A stretch of DNA of 64,000 nt. Source: Patellaria atrata CBS 101060 (taxonomy: Eukaryota). Where the stretch lies: NCBI GenBank assembly GCA_010093705.1, contig MU006102.1:4123-68122 (forward strand), written 5' to 3'. The number at the start of each line of letters is the position of its first letter. The stretch's first letter is position 1. The position numbers and the translations under genes were made by a program. Shown here in pieces: positions 41,745-56,310 of this stretch. The notes under the pieces are model-generated. The model saw only the letters and a list, made by a program, of their open reading frames with translations. It did no database searches and had not been told where the DNA came from.

Positions 41745-42336
41745 ATGATACAATACGGAGGGTTTGGTTGTGGGGGAATATTGCAGCGTCTGATGTACCT
41801 ATTTGGGGTCTGATGACTTTGTCACTAGAAGTGGTTCATACGGCGTCGATGTAACAGTCCTGGAATTGCAATGCATACAAATGACTTCATGCGCTCAATA
41901 TTGCCAAGATGTGAAATTTGAAACCGTATTGCAGTGAGTACTTTTGCGCGAATAGGTAGTTGTCCACTACCGATGACAGATGTATGGTCTCCATACTTAT
42001 CCTCAAAGCTTCTTAATTTGGCATACTCCATGAAGGACTCAAAATTACTGTGAATTGAGCTACGGAGATGTATGTATGATAAAAACCGAATCTTAGAGCC
42101 CATCTTTGAACCGAGGAGAGAAGTGTAGAGCCGCAATTTTACCGATATTAGATGTCCAATCCTCACTCCTCTCACCTACGTTCCGGATTTGTATAATCTC
42201 ACACAAGGTCAGTCAGGTACACAGTGATTACTTCAGGTCACACAAAATATGAGATGATATGCGCATCTCGATGTGAATGATCTTTCCCAGTTTACGCTTG
42301 ACTAGAACTAACACTCTTAACTTTAACTCCCTCGGG

Positions 42337-45300
42337 ATGGAACGACTCAAAACAACACAGATCCCAATTCCTGAAGATGATTTGCGGCGTATAAGCAAAG
42401 CTGGAATTCGATTGACCGCCAATAATAGTGTAAGAGATTCTCTTTACGCAGTAATAGAGACTGCAAATCTCGTGGAACTTACGCCACGACATCGAGCGGC
42501 GGCTTGTAATCTAACATGCTCCTTTATAGAGCGCTGCCGAACCTCAGCAGTTAAGGATATCAGTAATATTATCTGGACAGATAGAATTTGGGACAAACTT
42601 CTGACCGTCTTTCTCGACCGATCTGAAAATGCTAAACCAAAGTCTATGAGACAAGTTCTATTACTGCTTGTCGCGATACTGTCCGAGGACCGTGAACATA
42701 TTGAAGAGATCAAATTGTCAGTCGTCCGTCGAATATGCGATATACTATACCAGTCCGAATATCGTCCCAAAGTCAAGCCAGCATTACATGCGTTATCTTT
42801 GATGCTTTCTAAACAGCTCGTTGGAATCGAGCAACTCTGCCAGGTTGCATATGAAAGGGACTCTGCCCCCTCAGGAGAGCTCGACCCAGCCAAACTCATA
42901 CCACGGATTCTCTCGAGATTCCTTGAGTGGGTAGGTAATCATGATACGGCGCCTGCGGCTGGTCTCCTTCTGGTCACTCTTTTGAAGCATCTACCGGATT
43001 CACTCAAGCGAAAACCACTTCCAAACGACACGGACTTCATAATATGGGCTATGCCTCTATACGATGCAATGCTCAACTCCGTCGATAAGCTTCACAGTTT
43101 CAAGCAGTATGTGCTCCCGGGAATTTTCAAGCTGGACAGAAATGATTATATAAAATTCCTCTACCATTGTGGTTTTGGACAATATATGAGTCACTCAATG
43201 TCTGACCATATTGACGGGGCTCGTCTTGTGGTAGGGCAGCAAATCCTCTTTACCACACTTCGGACTGGGAAAGAAATTGGGATGATAAAAGAAACTGGTA
43301 AGCACCGTATACTAACCCTTCCCTTGCCACGTTCGGCAGTGCTCGGTTGCTGTACGCTTGCTCTATCCCTCTGGTTGTACGCTAAAAGCCCCAGATTTCA
43401 GTAACTGTTCTGATATAGGTACAGTACAGGTCTTTTCCAGCTTATAGCCTCGTCTACACTCTAATGTCCCACGTAATGTAGAGTTGGGCGCCATTCGCAG
43501 AGCAAGCGTACAGGAACGTAGAACTGTCCCTGGCAGGGAAACAATGTGGGATTAAACAGTTCGAAAGCTAACGATAAACAGAGGCAAGAGTGATAACAAC
43601 AGAAGGTGATGGTACTATTGGGATCCCTACTGTCCTCTTCAGCCGTTTGTTGTTACAAGAAAACCTCTCCTCAAGGTTATCAGCACTCTCTCTCCTGACG
43701 TCTTCTACGTCGATAACGCGACCAGTTGAACAAAGCACTTTTGATTATCTCAAGCGTAGCTTGTACCATCTCCATTGTGAGACAGATGCCAACTTCCGAG
43801 ATGATTTGGTATCCCTTCTCAAACAGTTCTTCATACGCTTAAGAGCTTCAAGCGCAGCCCTCTACCGGATTATAAAACAGTCCAAAGACGTATCTCCTCT
43901 CCTCGTGCAATCCACCAACATGCAGCAAGATTGTGTTGGGGATGTTAGGTCTTTCAATAGCTGTAAAAGGTTCATCCAGTGGTATCTTCGGTTTTTGACC
44001 TTGGAACTAAGACCCACGGCTAGTTACCAAAGACATATCACTGCTTTGAGAGTTCTAGGAAACATTTACACATCTGGCCTTGATTCGCATTTGAAATATA
44101 ATTTCTTATCTAAAGACTCCCAGGGAGAGATCAAATGGCCATACCAGTTCAGTGTCATCCCACTTCGCGTCTGTAGATGCTTATTTGATCTAACAATGAA
44201 TCCTTTTGAAGATATCAGAACCAATGCTTCAATTCTTTTGCGACTTAGAACTTCTGTTACTACTGGTAGTGCGGATCCTAAACTGGCAAATTACCTGGAC
44301 TCATATGGTCAGAATACGTACCAACAGGATGTGTACGAGCATAACTTATACGATCAGCACCTCTACAACCGTTTAATTAAAAGGGCGGAGACAACAATGT
44401 TCCTCTCTGCTCGAGCGGACCATGCAGATGGTGTCGCCCAGTTACACTTTCTTCGCATTTGCGGTCTCGGACCTTCCAGGCGCATATCTAAGCTCACTAA
44501 ACTAGATGCAGTCACGTCTCTTGTGGCAAAGTTAGAAGAGATCATAGCAATAGCGATCGAGGATCTTCCCCTAGCTGTTGCAAAATATCCGCTACATGGA
44601 CTCTTGAGGAGTTTAAGGTAAACAGAAATATACCTAGAAACCATAACATGCTGATTTTATAAGTATTCTCTTCGATGATTCGAACACATATTCTACGATT
44701 TTTCAGTGTGATCCCCAAGATATTAATGAATGGTCAAAGCTCCACCACCGCATATTTGTTAGTCTGCATATTATTTGGCAATGTGTTAAGCCAATATTGT
44801 GTAATGATGCACCCGAAGGATACGTCCCCGAGGATCTTGAACAAGAAGATGCTTTAAGCACCAAAGACATTCTTAGTTACTCCTGGAGGGCTCTTAAAGA
44901 AGCAAGGTAATGTCATTACTCTTACATCGCTGCGTAGATTTTCCTTTATTCACTACATTTGTCCCCTTTTCCCGTTTTAGTCAGCTAGTACAATTCAATC
45001 ATTTACATAAGTTTGTCATTTTATAAAGTGCAATGAGTTTGTATTTTCCACCGAATCTTTGCTAATGAAGAAAGTACTCTCCTCCGCGTTATCGTAATAA
45101 ATGCACCATTGAGTTCCCCTTCGGATCAGGGAATGCTTAATCGAGAAGCCATTGAAGACCTGGGCCAACTTTGCTTCACACAACTGGCTGAATTACGCCA
45201 TCGTGGAGCATTCTCTACTGTAGCTCAGAGTTTTGCATCCTGCTGTCAACGTTGTCATCGAGCAGCGAATAGCTCGATTCAGGAACTGCCCTTCATTTGG

Positions 45301-48300
45301 TATAAAGTATGTGCACTTCATGACCACGAACATTACGCACTTCGCTTATTCAGCCTCTTAGCAAACTCTAGAATGCTTTCATGACCAATCATCGCTCATA
45401 ACTCGCCGGTCCGCAGGTCTTCCTAGTCTAATGGTTGGAGTCTTATCAGCTGATCCTACTGGGCCATTGCTTCAGAGTGCGCTACACGATCTTATTCGAG
45501 AGAGTCTGGGTGAAACGGATAGCAGTATATCTGACCATACGCAGTTATCGCAAGTTCACGCTATGAATTGCATCAAAGATATCTTTAAGAACTCCAAACT
45601 TGGACCACTTTGTGAAAGCTTCATAGGCGAAGCGTTAGACCTCGCGGCCCTTAAACTTGAATCAAATATGTAAGCTTACATGAAAACTATTTTTTATTAC
45701 TCGAGCTAATTTATGTTAAAGCTGGGCAGTCCGTAATTGCGGATTAATGTTGTTTCGAGCTCTCATAGATCGTTTACTTGGTACAAACGAAGCCCACGGT
45801 TTTGAACTACAACGCTGGATCAAGTCTTCAAAACTCTCGTTCGAGAGATACCCAAATCTTCTCCCTATTGTCTTAAAGTTATTACGCTCTAAGTCTACTG
45901 AGATTACTTCTAAAGCGAACTCGTTATCCAGAGAGACACGTCAACATGTTGTCACGGAGGGTGTGTTTCCTGCTCTTCAAATCATTCAGAAGGCACAGCC
46001 TCCTGTAGAATGCTTTCTCGTTTTCAAGGGTCTTGTATTCGACTTGTTAAGAAGTTCTCAATGGCATGTGCGAGACATGGCAGCACGAACTCTTGCGCTG
46101 CTACTCCAGATGGATGATGTAATTACTCCCATAATGGGAGAGCTTGGTTCTGTTGTATGCCAGAATGAGCTTCATGGCCACCTTCTAGCTATTTCTTGCT
46201 TTCTCGAAGGACGGTTACAGCAATTTGAGCATGGCTCACAAGGTACGTTTCTTTTATATGAATTCCATCACCACCATTGGCATCCTTCAGCCCCTGTACA
46301 CTTGCGGGACAACTACTGGGGGACTGCTAGTCTCGCAATACCAACCAACCACTATTGTTTTTACGCTCAGATCATGGGTACAAATAGGGAGATGTCCGTA
46401 CGTTTTCAAAGTTATTTTCATGATATGGAGTCGGAACCACCTTTTGAAGGAGCATACAGCAGATGAGGCATTCCAACGACTATGAGGAAGGGGTAAGCTA
46501 CACATAACGGGGGCTAATAACCGTTTAGGCTCACCTATTGATCAATCGTTTGTCGCAAAAATTTTATCACTACGTTCGATAGTTCTGGAGGATAATAAAT
46601 GCGCTATCACAAAAGCAACCTATCTAAAAATCATCAGGACAGTCCTGAAGTCGTTTCTACTCAACAGTGAATTCAATGGTACGTGAATATACATGAAAAA
46701 ATTTCTTCGTTAATGGGAATAGATACTATAGCAGGTCACTCCAATGAACTATTTACTCCTCAATTCGCAGCAGACATTTGGCCCTCAATTTGTGGGCAGG
46801 ACAGTTTTATAGGGTCCCCAGCCCTCCGTAAAGAGGTCGCTCAACTCTCGATTCTACAATTCTTTTCTCTTAGTGAGCAAGAACGGAAGACGTTAGGGAC
46901 CGTAACTGACGATCAGCTGACCGATATACTTGCTGCATTGGCACGACGAGATCCGGATGAATTCTGCAGCATGTTACAGGAATTCAGCTTCCTGTTTGAA
47001 GGTTCGCTACCCTCAAAATGTGATTATGCACTTCAACAGATGGTATTTACTCTTATGCGGATATTATCTGGGCTAAATGATCGGGAAGTAAAGTCTTCGT
47101 GTCTGCAATTTCTGGCTGATGCAATTGAGAAAACGTCAATTGACTGGTCTGAGTCGGTACAGAACCTACCTCAGGTCTTGGAAAACTGTATGAATCATAT
47201 AACTAAAGCAAGTCCTTCTCTAGTAGAGAACGCCTTAAGGCTCCAGGCTCATCTAATTGATTCTAAAATCCCATCCTCTCCAGCAGAGAGAAAAGATTCA
47301 CCACTGGTAGACGGAAGGCTCATCAATTTCATAAGTGGCCTTCGGATTAAACTGGCGGACACGAATGTTAGTTACTCCCCCCTTCCCTTCCTTGCTATTG
47401 GTACTGTTAGATTACTGTATCTTGCTCTGCAAACGTTCTTTGGGCTTCGCTCGATACAACGGGCCATAAGCTGTTAATTGCGTGCTAGATGCATAAACTC
47501 AGAAAATGGACCGAGGTATTAATCTGGCTATTCACTGAGCACAGTATAGCAAACGCACAGCAATAAGGAGGGCAAAAGATCAGAAGGAAACAGATATTTG
47601 GTCTGAAATTCGCTAACTAGTCAATAGCCGTTTTCCAGTCGCTTTGCGGCTGCTCGGTCCCTTGCAGTGTTCGCTCAACTTTGGAAATATAGAGCTTCGT
47701 CAAATATCGTTGAATCTACATTGACGGTTGCGGGGGTAGCTATCTACGATGTCATGAATGACGATGACGACGAGATCCGTGATCTTGGAGCTTCGATAGC
47801 GACAAAGATAATCGCTGGTTTCAGATATTCCGTAAACCTCAAGAACGCAGTACCCTTGGTTGCAAGTCAACGGTTATCCGAATATCTTGCCAGAAAGTTT
47901 ACCAACTCCCAGGTCCTGTGTGAAGAAGCGCTCCGCCACTTGATCATGACTGATCCATGGTCGAACTTATTCGAGGATTCCGTCGAAGAGCGGCTTCGGA
48001 TCGCGCGCGAAGAGAATTCGGCACTATTTATGCAGGAGAAACAGAATCTCTTCATTGATGAAGCAAGGGAAGCAGTGATTTGGTCTAGAGTCTTGAAGAA
48101 GCTGTCAGCGAAAGCAATACCGAGAAGGCTTGCTGAAGAGTTCACGCAGTGGGTGATGGATGGTCTTGTTGTTTTGACGGAAACGGCACGGACTGAAGAA
48201 GATGGACCCTTGGGGTGGACCTCAAAGGCTGACGTATACGCTCTCGGTATACAAGTCATCTATGGTGCGGATGTATTGTTGGAGTGGCGGAAGAAGACGA

Positions 48301-48479
48301 GGAAAGTGACCGTATCAGGACCGGACATCCGATGTGCATTGAGGAAATTCGCAGATATCGGAGAAAAGAATGAGTTACATGATCTATGGCTGGAGAGGAT
48401 CGAGGAGGTGTTGTCGTCTTCTATACTTGGAAGGTTGATAACCTTAAAGGATAAGATGAAACAAGTAGGTATAGTTTAG
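42337..48479 (+). CDS. TRM732: THADA/Trm732-like HEAT/armadillo protein (DUF2428), multi-exon
   Basis: LSYSWRALKEA, LAELRHRGAFSTV, TRRSAGLP, QVHAMNCIKDIF, WAVRNCGLMLFRAL, DDDDEIR, ALFMQEKQNLFIDE. Confidence 0.88.
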
Positions 48480-48966
48480 ACTGTACAGTAGTGTTCAAAA
48501 CAGTACAGTTTCTCTAAAACTTGAGTCTCTAAAATTAATGTTCTTGGACGATAGCGTACAGTGTTCTTCATAACACGAGTGTCACTTGATCAATCCAAAC
48601 GGAGCGGTACCGAACCCCTGACTCTTCACCATTTCTACCTTACGTTTGTGACAATTACCTTCTTCAACCCTTCACTTTGCATATATTTCCATCTTCAGAT
48701 TTTATCAATATTGTCTTACTCATCATTGCTTAGCAACACCCAGCTCACCTCCCGGAAATCTTCATCTACCCGCGCGTCGCGTTTCAACTCAAACCTCAAC
48801 ATCAATGAACCACAACACAAATTTCTCAACAAAGTTCCAGAACAACATACTGCTAGTGGATACCTCAAGCTCTCGATTATCTATAATATGCTGACTGGAA
48901 TAGCTTACAAACCTCACTTCACTCCTTTCTTCTAAGAAGAATTTTCGAAAAAATCAAACCAACATC

Positions 48967-49146
48967 ATGGACAGTAACGTCGGAATCGCGGTCGTTATAC
49001 TATGCGGCCTCACTGTCATTGTATGCCTTTGTGTGTACATGTACCGTAAGTTGATCCGAAACGTTGCGCGTACGATGAACGAGCGGGCCGCGCAGAACAT
49101 CGAACTGGCCGAAGGCACGGCCACTGATAGAAGATCCGGGCCCTAG
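48967..49146 (+). CDS. Putative 59-aa single-pass membrane microprotein (below the ORF-track cutoff)
   Basis: MDSNVGIAVVILCGLTVIVCLCVYMYRKLIRNVARTMNERAAQNIELAEGTATDRRSGP*. Good start context (AACATCATGG) after a pyrimidine-rich leader. Confidence 0.6.
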   Translation: MDSNVGIAVVILCGLTVIVCLCVYMYRKLIRNVARTMNERAAQNIELAEGTATDRRSGP

Positions 49147-49687
49147 ATTGTCTGAGGAGTGGTAAGGCTATTTTTGATGTTTGATGACACTCATACGCTA
49201 ATAGTAGTAGGACATAGAGACCGAATCTTCGGCGGTTTCCGAAGAGTTATGTTTCGAACCTGCTGTCATAAGCCGCACTAGGAGACTGTGCCGGTTAGCA
49301 ATTTTATGTACAACTACGATGGACATATGCGAGGACTCGAGGTTGGCAAGATTCAATAATTGAACAACTATAAAACATCTGGCCATTACTCGCGGAATAC
49401 GTGACGAAGATGATTTGCTCGAGCTACCAATATTCATTTGACGATATTCGAAGATGTCTTGCACGATTGGGCAGCAAACAAAGGTATCTCCTGTGGCAAA
49501 CTTGTTTGCATGTTCGCAAACAAGCTGGTTGTAATGGAGAACGCCATATAATCCCACCGGCATAAACACAAGATATCAAAGAAAAGAGTGTTGGGATCTT
49601 GATTGTAACGACTGCAGAAAGAATATCTCTGTTGAACGAAATGGATGGGCTTTACCTCAACATGACCTGAAAAGTTGAAGATTCCCC

Positions 49688-50745
49688 ATGGCTACATCCA
49701 CAAGATACAGCAACAGCTCTGCGACTACCACCGGAGTCTTGGGCGGTGTTCTCGGAGCGGTAGGGCTGATATTATCATACTCCATCTGGCGATGGGTTGT
49801 GCTTCCCCGACTGTATAACGGATACTACGACCCAGAAAAAGGTAGCGGAAGTCAATTACCTATGATTCTAGACCTTCGAACAGACGACCCAGACATACGA
49901 TGTCGTCCGCAGCGAAAGAAGAAGAACAAAGAGTTTGCGGGAGTGGAGGTCATTTTACCACCTGAGAAATCTCATCATAGAAGAAAACGAAAGATACGGA
50001 GGAGACAAAGCCTCTTCCGGACACAACAGATGCCCAATGGTTTATTTCCAATCCTAGAGAACCTTAGTGATCAAGGACATGACTTACGCCAGCGGTCAAA
50101 TTGCCCAATGCCCAGCATGTCACAAGCACCGCACAATAACCATGCTGCGCGAGACCATTATAGATCAAATATGGGACGCCCCAAATCGAAGCTGACAAGA
50201 CAGGCGGATAGAGCGCGGCTGCAGCTACGCACTCAACAAGATTCGTGGCCTAGGCCCTACAGAAACACTGGTATGTTTGATAGGTACGATTTCAAGCGCC
50301 ATCAGAGCAAAAGTTCTCAGATGGTGGATCGTGGAATATTTCAGCAAATATGGCTAATGAGGTTTTAGAAATGGGAGAATATAGTGTATCAGGGTCCTTG
50401 CCAGAGGCCGAGAAGTCAGACGCCGTTAACCGTCTCGCACCGCGAGCTCTCACTTATCGCTCGAACACAAAGAATATTTCGCAGATGCAGCCTTCTAACG
50501 AAGAGGACGAGGAGAGTGCAGATGTTCCATTTTTTCCCATATCTCCTGAGAGTGGTTATCTTGGAATGGCTCAGTCCGACCCACTTTCAAGTGACGACAA
50601 CGTTGCGATATCCTCTTTCCTCAACAGCCTTTCTCCCTGTAGTTTGTCTGCCGCTGGACATGTCTCATCTGTTATGTTCGGAAGGGATCGAAGCCCACCA
50701 GTAGAGAGTGCGGATTTGGGATCTCTGACAGAAGAGGACATATGA
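49688..50745 (+). CDS. Hypothetical protein with N-terminal TM helix; two overlapping frames (possible frameshift)
   Basis: GVLGGVLGAVGLILSYSIW followed by a basic/disordered region. A second ORF, 50350-50745, is in another frame with no convincing intron joining them. Confidence 0.4.
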
Positions 50746-51774
50746 TGATATTGGAGGAGCCGTTAGGAATGCTAGTAGGGTTGGCAGTATTCCTTAGATC
50801 GAATGAACATGGTAAAGATTGCCATTGTACTGTACAGTACAACAAAGAAGGTGGAACGGGTCGTAGGTCTTCACGTAAAAGTCCTGAGAAAGAATTTAAA
50901 TGTAGAACGCCCGACAAGTTTGAGACAGATAGAACAATTTTGACGGTGTAAGGTGGTTTTAAATTAATTAGTCAGCAATGACACTCGCAAAGACACCTTA
51001 CGGAGTCCTAGGTAGAGGTAGAGAGTCAACGATATGTCTGATCATCAAGTCTCTTCTCTATTATTAGAAAACAGGTACATGCTCAGCAATATACATGTAT
51101 TTATCAGTTTGTGGGAGAGGTATTTCAGCTCTGCGCACCAACTTATGCGATTCCGGTTGCTCACTCTTGACGTTTTAGGTGACCGGTGAATGCAACAATA
51201 ACGACAAGGTCACCATGATTCCAAATGTGACTTTTGTATCCCTTAACCACAGCGTGGGGATGGAGTTTGGGATGTAAATTCCCGTACCCGACTGTACCCT
51301 TCGAATTCAGCTGCCCCGACTGCAAATGTATCTCGGCCCCCACCATCATTCAGCCTCATCGATATAAGATAATCCTTCGGAAGTGACAAAAGTATTAAAA
51401 CCATTCTATTAATGCTTGCTGGACCCCTCACACGCGCACCCCTATCTCAGTCTCGTTTCCAACCTCCTAGTAACACATTCAATAATATTCCCCCCCCCAG
51501 TTTTCTCTACCTTTAGTTCTACTCTGCTGAACCAGACCTAGAACTGGTTTGATAAAACTTGTAATCAAGTACACTGTACCGAGCTCAGCTGCTGTTAGCA
51601 CAGTTTTCATCACCCTCCTTTCCTCTGTTACCGCGTTGTTCGTTTCCTGTATAGACGATCAAGTCCTGAATATTTTAAACCAAAGCAGTTTGTCTATCTT
51701 AGCGTGTTCAGTGATCGTATAGAGGCTGAGGGATGCGCTGCCAGCTGTATCAGGAAATAACATAGACCTTCTTC

Positions 51775-54700
51775 ATGGAGAATCGGAACGCAGTCACAGA
51801 ATCAGTACACGACCCTGAAATATTTTCGAACACCTCCGCCCCTAGGCCTGATGAACAACAGTCCCCGAAGGTGGAAAACTCTTTAGGGTCCGCTCAACAG
51901 ACAGCAAACAATGCTAGACCCGAGGTAAGGAGGCCTATAGCGGGTAGGAGGTTATCTTCAAACCCTGGCTCGAGCAGAAGGCGCTCAACGCAGGGCAGGT
52001 CGCTTAATGATCTATATAACGACGTGAAACAAGGACTTGGAGCAGATGTAAAAGTGAAGAATCGGCTCCGCGTAAGTTTGAAGGACATTCTCAGTCATTT
52101 GCGATTTGTTTACGATAATAGGCGAGCCCAGGGGAATTAGGTCTACGAACTCTCTACCCGAGACAGAGCGCTACTGAAACCGAAGTAGATCTAGTTTTTG
52201 TACATGGATTGGAGGAGAATGCTAGTCAAACCTGGGGAATGGATCCTAATCAACCTGTGGAGGAAGAATCGGTCGTTCCCGAAACTCCAGTTAGAACCTG
52301 GCTTTCATATCATGGCATGCTTCCAAGTGCCATGCCTAAAGCGCGCATATTGCGTTTCGGCTACGATTATCAAGACCTAAAACAACCTACTTTGGCTAGC
52401 ATACGCTCAGTCGTCGCAAGAACCCTTCTTCAAGAGCTTAAAACTTATAGAGCGCGCCCAACACCAGAGTACAGATGGCGACCTATCATATTCATCGGCC
52501 ACGGATTTGGTGGTATCATAATTGAAGGCGTTCTAGCCCTTGCTAATGGCTCTATGTCCCATGTGATCACCCATTCGCCGATAGAAGAGACTTTATCACA
52601 TCAATCCGAAGATGTTGTCAAGTCAGAGTCGAACTTAGACATACTAAGGTCTACGATTGGAGTAATATTCTTAGCCACCCCTTTTATGGCTACAAATGCT
52701 GTCTTGAAGATATGGCGCTCTCGTGAGATTGGATGTGATAGTTCGGATTCACAAATCCGAAAACTGAAAAATAGCCATTTTGCAGCGCTAAGTGATGGGT
52801 CAGGAACGTCTGTACAAGCTAAATCCACGGAGACTCCAAACCCGCAAACGGCCAGAGCAGGGCCTCCATCTGGGAACGTCTTCAAGCATATTCGTTCCAG
52901 CCTCGACTTTTTAGCCTCGCAGTACAACATTGAATTGGTGTGCTTTTTCGAAGAACAGAAGGACATGGATTTAGAGAAGCTTTCTTCTCTTCAGGTATAC
53001 AGATGTTTTCATTCTTAAAAAGTGTCTGATATTAAGCTAACCGGAATTTCAGGTCATCTTAGATAAGAGGTCTAGCACACTTGACAATTACCAACACATC
53101 GGGCTACCTGTAACTCATACAGCTATGTCAAAGTTTTATGGTACAAAAGACCCCAACTATAGAAAATTCCTTAATGTGCTTCAAGACATAGAAAGTAATA
53201 TTCCGACGCGCCGGTTATGGCATAGCATATCTATCAGAGCTAATATTCAGGGCCTGCTAGAAGTCCCGGGAGTGAATGTCAATAAACAAGACAATCAAGG
53301 CGGAACTGCTTTGCACCTAGCTGCGGGATTCGGCGCTTCTCAAGCAATATTTCCGCTGTTACGCAAAGGAGCTGACGTACGTATCAGAGATTTGAACGGA
53401 AACACTGCATTAGACATCGCCAATCTAGTTGGTAATGAGACCGTAATCAAATACCTAACGGAAAATGCGTCGGGCGAATATTACAAATCAATACAGACGA
53501 TACCAGGGCAAGAAGCCGATAATGAGGTGGATTTCAATAAGTGGAATTACGGCCTGAAGGACGTCGAACCATCCGTCGAAGAATGCCGTAAAAAGGCTTG
53601 TATAGGGTTCCATGCCAAAGTCACATGTTTTTCTCCCTCAAGAACTCATCCTCTATTCCGCTATCAATGGAATCCTACCGTTTATGATGCACTATACGAC
53701 CCTTCTCATTCCAATATGCTCCCATTTCGAGATGGCGTCCTTCGTCGAGCAGATACACTAAATCGCGAATCCAAAACTGCAATGCAAGCGTCTCCAGACT
53801 CCGAATCTACTATAGGGTCTATACGTGAAGTTCACAAAGAGAACTTCACATGGTACCATCTCCCAGCTAACAACATCGTTTGGGTTAAAGTAAGCATACA
53901 AGACCAATTTTCCCTTGATTTGACTGTTAATGTGTATAGATTCTACTAAAAAGGATCCTACGAGAAGAGGTATTGCCTTATGAGATGAAGACAATCATAC
54001 ACAAGTTGAGTGGGCAACAACACCGTGGTCATACACCGTTTTCGCACTACATGAGAGCTGGATGTGACGTAGTGGAAATACCATCCTCCATAAAGCTAAA
54101 AGCTACTACTGAGGCGAGTGATCCGAGTCCTCCAGAGGTCAAAATAGCTTTGAATTCGAAGCACACATATGGAAGAAAAGGTGATAGCAAAGTCCCCAAA
54201 CAGCGGGAAACCGACATTGCTCTAAAATTATTCGTGAGTCCCACAGACACATCAATTTTTTCCTTGATTGAAGATCAAATCAACCCCGAGATTGCCTATT
54301 CTGATTAACGAATACGAATGATCTATTCTTCATGTAACCACAACGTTGTCTTCATATATACGATGAATTTCTAACCCAGAATCATAGATGCCATATTTCC
54401 ATTTTGAATCTATGCACGCCAGAGAATATTTGATGGACAGTATCCATTCGGGCGATGCTGAAAGTTTGGTTGATAAACCGAACGAAAACTTTTGCGAGAA
54501 CACCGATTTACTGCACGCTCATGAGACTCTTTTGAAAGGTTATCTAGACCTCGAACAAACTTATTCAAATTCGAAACGTACACACTCGGAGCTCCATATG
54601 CGACGGTCGCTTGACCAGTTTTATTACCATGCACTTGATAAGGACGATATTAGGCGTCGCGACGAAGACCAAGTTATGTACAAATGGTATAAGGAAAATA

Positions 54701-56310
54701 AGTTAGCTGAGTCTTACAGTGCATATAAAGAACAAGGAAAGGATAAAATTGAGGCAAACGATATCATGACTGAAGATGAATTTATTAGAAAAGACTGCAA
54801 AATTGTCATGGTTGACCAGTTATGGTGCTGGATAATTGGTGATCGTAAGTTAATGCTCGAAGAGGAGAATCAGGTCTGCCACTAATTGTTCAGATACCGT
54901 GATAACGAGCTTCCCAGAGGCGGCTGAGGTTACGGACGAGAACATCATAGACAAGATCGAAAAAGAGATTGAACGTTACGACACCAGCTCATTGCTGACG
55001 ATTGGAAATTTTGCTACTGTAATCATGAATTGCGCTGCTGGGTTCTTGGACCGATTTCGTGCGCCAACCATACTGCCAATTCTGGATGCGTTTGATCTCA
55101 TGATAAGCAAAGCAGTATGCGGTCCTTACAATATCACTTAGTCCGGTATAATTATCACTAACTCTTTCTCAAATAGCTGAAGCATGAGATGGATATGTTC
55201 GACGCGTTCAAAGAGCAAATAAAGAAATCGGAAGAAGAACAAGAATCTGGGAAGCGAAACGTCGAGATTCCGTTTAAGTTGTCTGTACGGAGCGAGGTAG
55301 AAAGGCTAAGAGACATCAAAGATATTAAAGACGAGTTGAAGATCATACAACAAGTTCTAAACCAACAACTTGACGTTGGAAACTCCTTTCAATCACTTGG
55401 CGGCGCGAACCTAAGCGCTGTGAAAGCTCTTTACGGCAGGGTTGCTTGTCTGGATAAGGAGGAATTTATCTCGCGAAAACTGACGCACATCGAAGACGAC
55501 GTAGAAGATATCAAGCGTATCACTAACCCACAGAATAGCTTTCCGCTCACTGATAACGTAACGGAGGAGCCGCAAGAGTCGGAGGAGCAACCTGATATTC
55601 AAAGCTTTCATAGTCAGGATGCAGATACGCTATTGAACACTATCAAAGACAATCTCAAGGCGGTGGATCTAATGTTATCTCAGGCCGAGGAAGCACATCA
55701 CGCTTTGAAACTTCTACTCAACTTAAAGCAAAAGCAGGCGAACGTGCAAGAAGCGAGGGCGACACGAGAAGGCGCTGAAGACACTGCTAAACAAGGAAGA
55801 GCTATCATGTTATTCACCATCATCACAATCGTCTTCCTACCCCTGTCTTTCCTCTCGTCCTTCTTTGCGCTGAATGTCCGGCAATTCCCTCATGAAGGTG
55901 CCGACGAGGGTGAACCGTTATTCGATCTCTCATGGGTCGCTGGTTGGATCTTCGGAATCAGCGCCGCTTTCATCTTACCTGCAATCGTCGGAGCGCTCAT
56001 TTTCGTAGATCCACAGCGAGTCGAGCTCTTATTATTGAGGGCTTGGATGCCTCGGTTGCTGACCTTCTACGCTTTTCTTTTGAGCGGTGTTTGGTATGTT
56101 ATTACCTTCGGCCCTTGCAGAACCGCGGGCAGAGGATTGAGGGACCGGAGAGTCCGTAGGAAAAGGGAAAAACGGCGTTACGATTTGGAAGCTGTTTCGG
56201 TGTACGATGAGAACTTCAAGACTGCAATAGAGGAAGTGGAAAGTATGAGGAAGAGTCTTGAGAGTAGAAGGGAGAAAACCGGGGCGTCACAGAATACGGA
56301 TGAAAAATGA
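51775..56310 (+). CDS. Multidomain protein: SesB-like alpha/beta-hydrolase, ankyrin repeats, CorA-like C-terminal membrane domain (about 7 exons)
   Basis: VDLVFVHGL, RILRFGYD, RPIIFIGHGFGG, HTAMSKF; ankyrin GGTALHLAA and GNTALDIA; WYHLPANN, MPYFHFE, RRSLDQFYY, MVDQLW, DIKDELKII, LKQKQAN, LFTIITIVFLPLSFLSSFFALN. First intron 52072-52121. Confidence 0.85.
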
